DNA from: Methanococcus maripaludis
GTDB taxonomy: Archaea; AGJL01; Methanococci; Methanococcales; Methanococcaceae
Length of the DNA stretch: 32,000 bases
Direction: 5' to 3'
Assembly: GCF_002945325.1 (NCBI RefSeq)
Contig: NZ_CP026606.1
Location: 660,001 to 692,000 of the forward strand
Shown: positions 27,551-32,000 of the stretch, piece after piece
How the letters are laid out: each line of letters starts with the position of its first letter
How positions within the stretch are numbered: position 1 is the first letter of the stretch
Made by a program: the position numbers and the translations under genes
Notes under the pieces: model-generated
The model's input: only the letters and a program-made list of their open reading frames with translations
What the model was told of the DNA's origin: nothing
Database searches by the model: none

Positions 27551-28692
27551 TCTCCTCTTTCTCTTATTTCGTCGAGTTTGCATTCGCATCCTTCGTCCAT
27601 TTCGAGGAATCTGTCTTTTAACTGAGCTAAAACTTTTGGAACTGACGTGTATTCCATCATTGATTCAGGTAATCTGTGTGGCATGAATGGACCCATTGAT
27701 CTCATCATTTCAGCCATGTCGAGTGCTTTTTCTCTTGCTTTATCGAATGATTTGTCTGCGAAGAGGTCGTTTGGTCCAACTAATCTTCCTTTTGATAACT
27801 GGAATCCTAAAGCCATAACTCTTGCAGGACCGTCAAATCTTGCAGGCATTGCATCTTCTTCGGCAACAGGCATGATAGGTCCAAAGTGGCATCCTCTCAT
27901 CCATCCTGCAACGAGGTGTGGGTTTGCAAATCCTTCTAAAACCTCCCCTACTGCAGGGAATCCACTTTGAGCTCTTACAATTGCTACTGGATCGTCTTTT
28001 CCAACGTATTCTCCAGCAATCATGTTTAATTTTTCTGATGAACATACTGCTGCAATTTCGTTGTCTTTTCTTCTGTAAACTCTTTTTACAGCGTATTTTT
28101 CAGTGTTTCCGATTAATGCGAGTAATGAGTACATTTCTTCTGGAGCATCTAAAAATACTCTTTTGTGTGCAAAAACATCTAAGATTTCGTATCTGAATCC
28201 TGATGTCATTGAAGGATCATATACTAATCCTGCAGTGCTGAATGGGTCTGCAAACATTTTATAGAATGGTAAATTGAATGCTGCAGGGTCTGTTTTGTCA
28301 CAGCAGAAAACTACAACTGGTTCACTTGGTCTTTCAACAAATTCCATTTCTGCGCAGCCTGGACCGAGTCCTTTAACGTTTCCGGAAAATGAGTTTGAAA
28401 GTAAGTCTTGTCCTGCACCGTATAATTTTAACTCTTTTGCAACTTCTGTTGCTGCTTCAAGAGCGTCCCATGCAAGTTTGTGTACTTCTTCGTTGTCTGT
28501 TCCCTTATCGTGGGTCATGATCATGTCGATATCGTCACCACAGTTTGTAACATAATAATCAATTAATGTTTCATCGAGCGCATTTTCGAGAACATACTCT
28601 GCAGCGTCTAATAATTCTTCTGGAGCTAATGTGTGTCCACAAAGCCCTCCAACATCTGCCTTAATAACACTTAAGGTTACTTTTTCTTCCAT
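27541..28692 (-). CDS. fbp: fructose 1,6-bisphosphate aldolase/phosphatase
   Basis: 'TLSVIKADVGGLCGHTLAPEELLDAAEYVLENA', 'DIDMIMTHDKGTDNEEVHKLAWDAL', 'CDKTDPAAFNLPFYKMFADPFSTAGLVYD', 'GPARVMALGFQL'. Confidence 0.96.
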   Translation of the reverse strand: MEEKVTLSVIKADVGGLCGHTLAPEELLDAAEYVLENALDETLIDYYVTNCGDDIDMIMTHDKGTDNEEVHKLAWDALEAATEVAKELKLYGAGQDLLSNSFSGNVKGLGPGCAEMEFVERPSEPVVVFCCDKTDPAAFNLPFYKMFADPFSTAGLVYDPSMTSGFRYEILDVFAHKRVFLDAPEEMYSLLALIGNTEKYAVKRVYRRKDNEIAAVCSSEKLNMIAGEYVGKDDPVAIVRAQSGFPAVGEVLEGFANPHLVAGWMRGCHFGPIMPVAEEDAMPARFDGPARVMALGFQLSKGRLVGPNDLFADKSFDKAREKALDMAEMMRSMGPFMPHRLPESMMEYTSVPKVLAQLKDRFLEMDEGCECKLDEIRERGDME

Positions 28693-28965
28693 ACTTTTCC
28701 ACCTTCATCATGTTTCGGATAAATCAAATCTACCTTAGTTCTATATTGTCATTAGAAAATATTTATGTTTTGCCAAATTTCGAAAAACAGTATTTTCAAA
28801 AAAATCCAATATACCTATTGATTTAAGTTTTATATATTTATCTAAAATCCGAGATGTTAAATAAATAACATATTAATGATTACTTTATTTTAAAAATAAA
28901 ACAGTTTTAACTTCTTTTTTTATTATTAATCATTTTAATCTATTTTACGACACCACTAACACGAT

Positions 28966-28986
28966 ATCGAAATATTTATATTATAT
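28966..28986 (+). promoter_or_regulatory. candidate BRE/TATA for ior operon
   Basis: ATCGAAATATTTATATTATATAC, about 75-95 bp upstream of the iorA TTG start. Confidence 0.5.
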
Positions 28987-29059
28987 ACTGGTTAAATTTT
29001 TAAAGTCACAACTTTTAAAGGAAAAATTAGTAATTTTAAAATCTATTAGAGGGAATTTT

Positions 29060-30898
29060 TTGAATAATAAACATTTTTTAATGGGAAATGAAGCGATTGC
29101 ATACGGAGCAATTGCTGCAGGATTACAGTTTGGTGCAGGTTATCCAGGAACCCCTTCAACGGAAGTCATGGAAACACTAATTAAAAATGCGAAAAAATAT
29201 AATTATTACGTTGAATGGTCTACAAATGAAAAAGTTGCACTCGAAACTGCAATTGGGGCCTCATTTTCAGGTGCAAGTTCCATTGTAACTATGAAACAGG
29301 TGGGATTAAATGTTGCATCCGACCCGTTGATGAGTTTAACGTATCTTGGAATAAAAGGGCCGTTAGTCCTCCTCGTAACCGATGATCCAGGACCCCATTC
29401 CTCCCAGACTGAACAGGATACGCGATCTTTTGGATTATTTTCAAATATTCCGGTACTTGACCCATCAAACTCACAGGAAGCCTACGAAATGACAAAATAT
29501 GCTTTTGAAATTTCAAAAAGTTATGAAACCCCGGTAATTCTTCGAACTACAACGAGAGTTTCACACAGGTGCGATGATGTAGTACTTGAAGAAATAAAAC
29601 CATCAAACGAAAATATAGAAGGATTCTCAAAAAGTTCCAGATGGGCAATATTTCCAAAATTAACTGCAAAAAGACATCCAATTTTAGAAAAATTACAAAA
29701 AACACTATCTAATGAATTTTCGGATTCAGAATTTAATTTTAAAACCGGAACTGGAAAAATTGGGATAATAACTTCTGGAGCGTCATACCACTACGTAAAC
29801 GAAACTATTTCAAATAATAAAGAATTATTTTCAGTTTTAAAAATTGGAACTCCACATCCATTTCCCGAAAATAAATTACTCGAATTTACAAACGAAGTTG
29901 ATTCAATAATCGTAGTTGAAGAACTCGATTCATATTTAGAAGACCAATTACTACAATTACTTGGAAAAATAGGAATTTCAAAGCCAGTTTATGGAAAGAA
30001 AAATAATATTTTTCCCTGCTGTGGAGAATACAGCGTAGATATTGTAAAAATTGGAATTAACAAAGTATTGGATAGTTTAAAACTTCAGAAACTCGAAATT
30101 TCCGAAAAATTAATCGATAAAACTGATATAATTTCACTTCCGGTAAGACCGCCAAATTTATGTGCTGGATGCATGCACAGAACGGTATTCTACGCATTTA
30201 AGGAAGTTTCAAAGGAATTAAAAAAACATAACATTCAAACAATATTTTCAGGAGATATCGGGTGCTACACATTAGGAAATGCTCCCCCATTAGAATTAAT
30301 CGATACTTGTCTCTGCATGGGTGCAGGAATTAGTATTGCCGGAGGAATTTCGAGAACTACTAAAAATTCAAAGAATGTGGCATTTATTGGGGATTCTACA
30401 TTTTTCCATTCGGGAATTCCTGCAGTAATTAATGCAGTCTACAATAATGCAGACGTTACAATCGCAGTATTGGATAACCGGACTACTGCAATGACTGGAC
30501 ACCAACCACATCCTGGAACTGGAAAAACTGCGCTTGGGAACCTTACAAAATTAATCGATATTGAGGGAATTTTGAAAAGTTGCGGAGTTGAATTTGTAAA
30601 AACGGTCTCTGCAGATGATTTTTCTGCATGTAAAGAAATTTCAAAAGAAGCTATTGATTATAATGGCCCTTCTGCAGTTGTTTTTAGAGGAAATTGTGTT
30701 TCAATCGTTAAATCCGATAAAAAATATGCCATTGATAAAAATAAATGTATAAGCTGTAAAATCTGCGTTGAAAGACTTGGATGCCCTGCAATAACTATGA
30801 CTGGTGAAATTCCAGAAATTATGGAAAACTGTACAGGTTGTGGACTTTGTAAAGCCGTCTGTCCTGCTGATGCAGTAATTGAGGTGACCAAACAATGA
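29060..30898 (+). CDS. iorA: indolepyruvate ferredoxin oxidoreductase, alpha subunit
   Basis: 'GNEAIAYGAIAAGLQFGAGYPGTPSTEVMETL', 'DPGPHSSQTEQDTR', 'PNLCAGCMHRTVFYAF', TPP motif 'SGDIGCYTLG...MGAGISIAGGI', C-terminal 2x[4Fe-4S] 'CISCKICVERLGCPAI...CTGCGLCKAVCPADAV'. TTG start with GAGGG. Confidence 0.95.
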   Translation: MNNKHFLMGNEAIAYGAIAAGLQFGAGYPGTPSTEVMETLIKNAKKYNYYVEWSTNEKVALETAIGASFSGASSIVTMKQVGLNVASDPLMSLTYLGIKGPLVLLVTDDPGPHSSQTEQDTRSFGLFSNIPVLDPSNSQEAYEMTKYAFEISKSYETPVILRTTTRVSHRCDDVVLEEIKPSNENIEGFSKSSRWAIFPKLTAKRHPILEKLQKTLSNEFSDSEFNFKTGTGKIGIITSGASYHYVNETISNNKELFSVLKIGTPHPFPENKLLEFTNEVDSIIVVEELDSYLEDQLLQLLGKIGISKPVYGKKNNIFPCCGEYSVDIVKIGINKVLDSLKLQKLEISEKLIDKTDIISLPVRPPNLCAGCMHRTVFYAFKEVSKELKKHNIQTIFSGDIGCYTLGNAPPLELIDTCLCMGAGISIAGGISRTTKNSKNVAFIGDSTFFHSGIPAVINAVYNNADVTIAVLDNRTTAMTGHQPHPGTGKTALGNLTKLIDIEGILKSCGVEFVKTVSADDFSACKEISKEAIDYNGPSAVVFRGNCVSIVKSDKKYAIDKNKCISCKICVERLGCPAITMTGEIPEIMENCTGCGLCKAVCPADAVIEVTKQ

Positions 30899-31494
30899 AC
30901 TTCAGTGTAATAATTTGTGGAGTTGGCGGACAGGGTGTTGTTTTAGCATCTCGTCTCCTTGCAATAACTGCAATGAATTCAGGTTTTCACGTAAATACTG
31001 CAGAAACGCTTGGAATGTCGCAGAGAGAAGGATCAGTAGTAAGCCACCTGCAGTTTGGTGAAACCATAAAATCTTCATTAATCCCAGAAGGCGGTGCGGA
31101 CTTGATAATAGGCCTTGAATTATCTGAAGTTGCACGAAATTTACATTTTCTTAAAAAAAATGGTAAAATAATCACAAATTGCAAAATGATTCTTCCAAGT
31201 GCAAGATCTTCAAATGAAACATATGATTCAGAACAAATTATAAATTTTATTAATAAATACGTTAAATCAACAATTTGTATCGATTTCTCAAAAATTGCTA
31301 AACTCGCAGGAAATCCAAAATCAATGAATGTTTCAGTTCTCAGTGCTGCATTTTATACTGGATTTCTGCCTTTAGATTATAATGACTTTTTAAAAACTAT
31401 CGAATCAGAAATTCCTGAAAAATATAGGGATATCAATTTAAATGCTGCCAAATTATCCGCAGAAACAATTATGCTGGAGGGCAATAATGAATAA
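30895..31494 (+). CDS. iorB: indolepyruvate ferredoxin oxidoreductase, beta subunit
   Basis: 'VIICGVGGQGVVLASRLLAITAMNSGFHVNTAETLGMSQREGSVVSHLQFG'; ATG overlaps the iorA stop (ATGA). Confidence 0.95.
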   Translation: MNFSVIICGVGGQGVVLASRLLAITAMNSGFHVNTAETLGMSQREGSVVSHLQFGETIKSSLIPEGGADLIIGLELSEVARNLHFLKKNGKIITNCKMILPSARSSNETYDSEQIINFINKYVKSTICIDFSKIAKLAGNPKSMNVSVLSAAFYTGFLPLDYNDFLKTIESEIPEKYRDINLNAAKLSAETIMLEGNNE

Positions 31495-32000
31495 TAAACA
31501 ACTGGAAACGTATGCATTGGTTAAAAAATTACTCCGACACGTTTCAGAGGGTAGTGACTTTTACAAAAACAAATTTTCAAAAACGGGTATAAATATTGAT
31601 GAAATTAGTTCGCTTGAAGATTTTAAAAAAATTCCGTTCACTGAAAAAGAAGAATTAAGAAATGCATACCCTTTAGGCCTTCAGGCAGTTCCTGATGAAA
31701 AAATTGTCAGGATACACTCGTCATCCGGAACAACGGGAAGTCCTGTAATCATACCCTACACCCAAAAAGACGTGGATACGTGGTCAGAAATGATGATGAG
31801 ATGCTACCAAATGGCGGGCGTTACAAATAAAGATAGAATACAGATCACTCCAGGATACGGATTATGGACAGCAGGGATAGGATTTCAGTTAGGTGCCGAA
31901 CGTTTGGGTGCAATGGCAATACCAATGGGTCCAGGAAATACTGAAAAACAGCTTCAAATGATGGTGGATTTAAAATCTACCGTTTTAACATCTACTTCGT
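31487..32000 (+). CDS. phenylacetate--CoA ligase family protein (AMP-forming), 3' truncated by window edge
   Basis: Own translation from ATG 31487: MNNKQLETYALVKKLLRHVSEGSDFYKNKFSKTGINIDEISSLEDFKKIPFTEKEELRNAYPLGLQAVPDEKIVRIHSSSGTTGSPVIIPYTQKDVDTWSEMMMRC...; SSSGTTG ATP motif. Not in the ORF track because it runs off the window. Confidence 0.9.
   Translation, partial: MNNKQLETYALVKKLLRHVSEGSDFYKNKFSKTGINIDEISSLEDFKKIPFTEKEELRNAYPLGLQAVPDEKIVRIHSSSGTTGSPVIIPYTQKDVDTWSEMMMRCYQMAGVTNKDRIQITPGYGLWTAGIGFQLGAERLGAMAIPMGPGNTEKQLQMMVDLKSTVLTSTS

Noticed and set aside
1-32000. CRISPR array, transposase/IS, prophage, restriction-modification, toxin-antitoxin or retron-like elements
   Set aside because: No regularly spaced repeats, transposase or integrase motifs, or defence proteins were seen on either strand by reading; ordinary core genes fill the window.

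Overview
The window looks like a 32 kb stretch of a Methanococcus (M. maripaludis-like) chromosome. This rests on strong AT-richness, archaeal TATA promoters, GGTGA-type Shine-Dalgarno sites and clear methanogen proteins. It is mostly housekeeping and metabolic genes: a 2-hydroxyacyl-CoA dehydratase/double-cubane-cluster protein (cut by the left edge), an orphan PstS-like lipoprotein, an unknown lipoprotein, a Dph6-like ATPase, a FlaF/ArlF-like orphan, tRNA-Val(GAC), pyruvate carboxylase A and B, tRNA-Glu(UUC), tRNA-Arg(UCU), a NUDIX hydrolase, cobT, a methanogenesis-marker-6/DUF2102-like protein, hjc, a SpoU/TrmJ-like methylase, DUF92, HIT, cbiC, DUF63, AMP phosphorylase, metG, gap, a small HTH protein, trm5, rfcL, DUF447, archaeal shikimate kinase, cbiL, ilvD, FBP aldolase/phosphatase, iorA, iorB and a phenylacetate-CoA ligase homologue (cut by the right edge). 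I see no mobile element, CRISPR array, toxin-antitoxin module or defence island. Nothing here is a clearly new system. The best second-look items are the DCCP/PstS/lipoprotein neighbourhood, the unknown HTH protein after gap, the marker-6-like gene between cobT and hjc, the 400 bp intergenic region before the HIT gene, stem-loops spanning stop codons, and convergent genes with almost no spacing.
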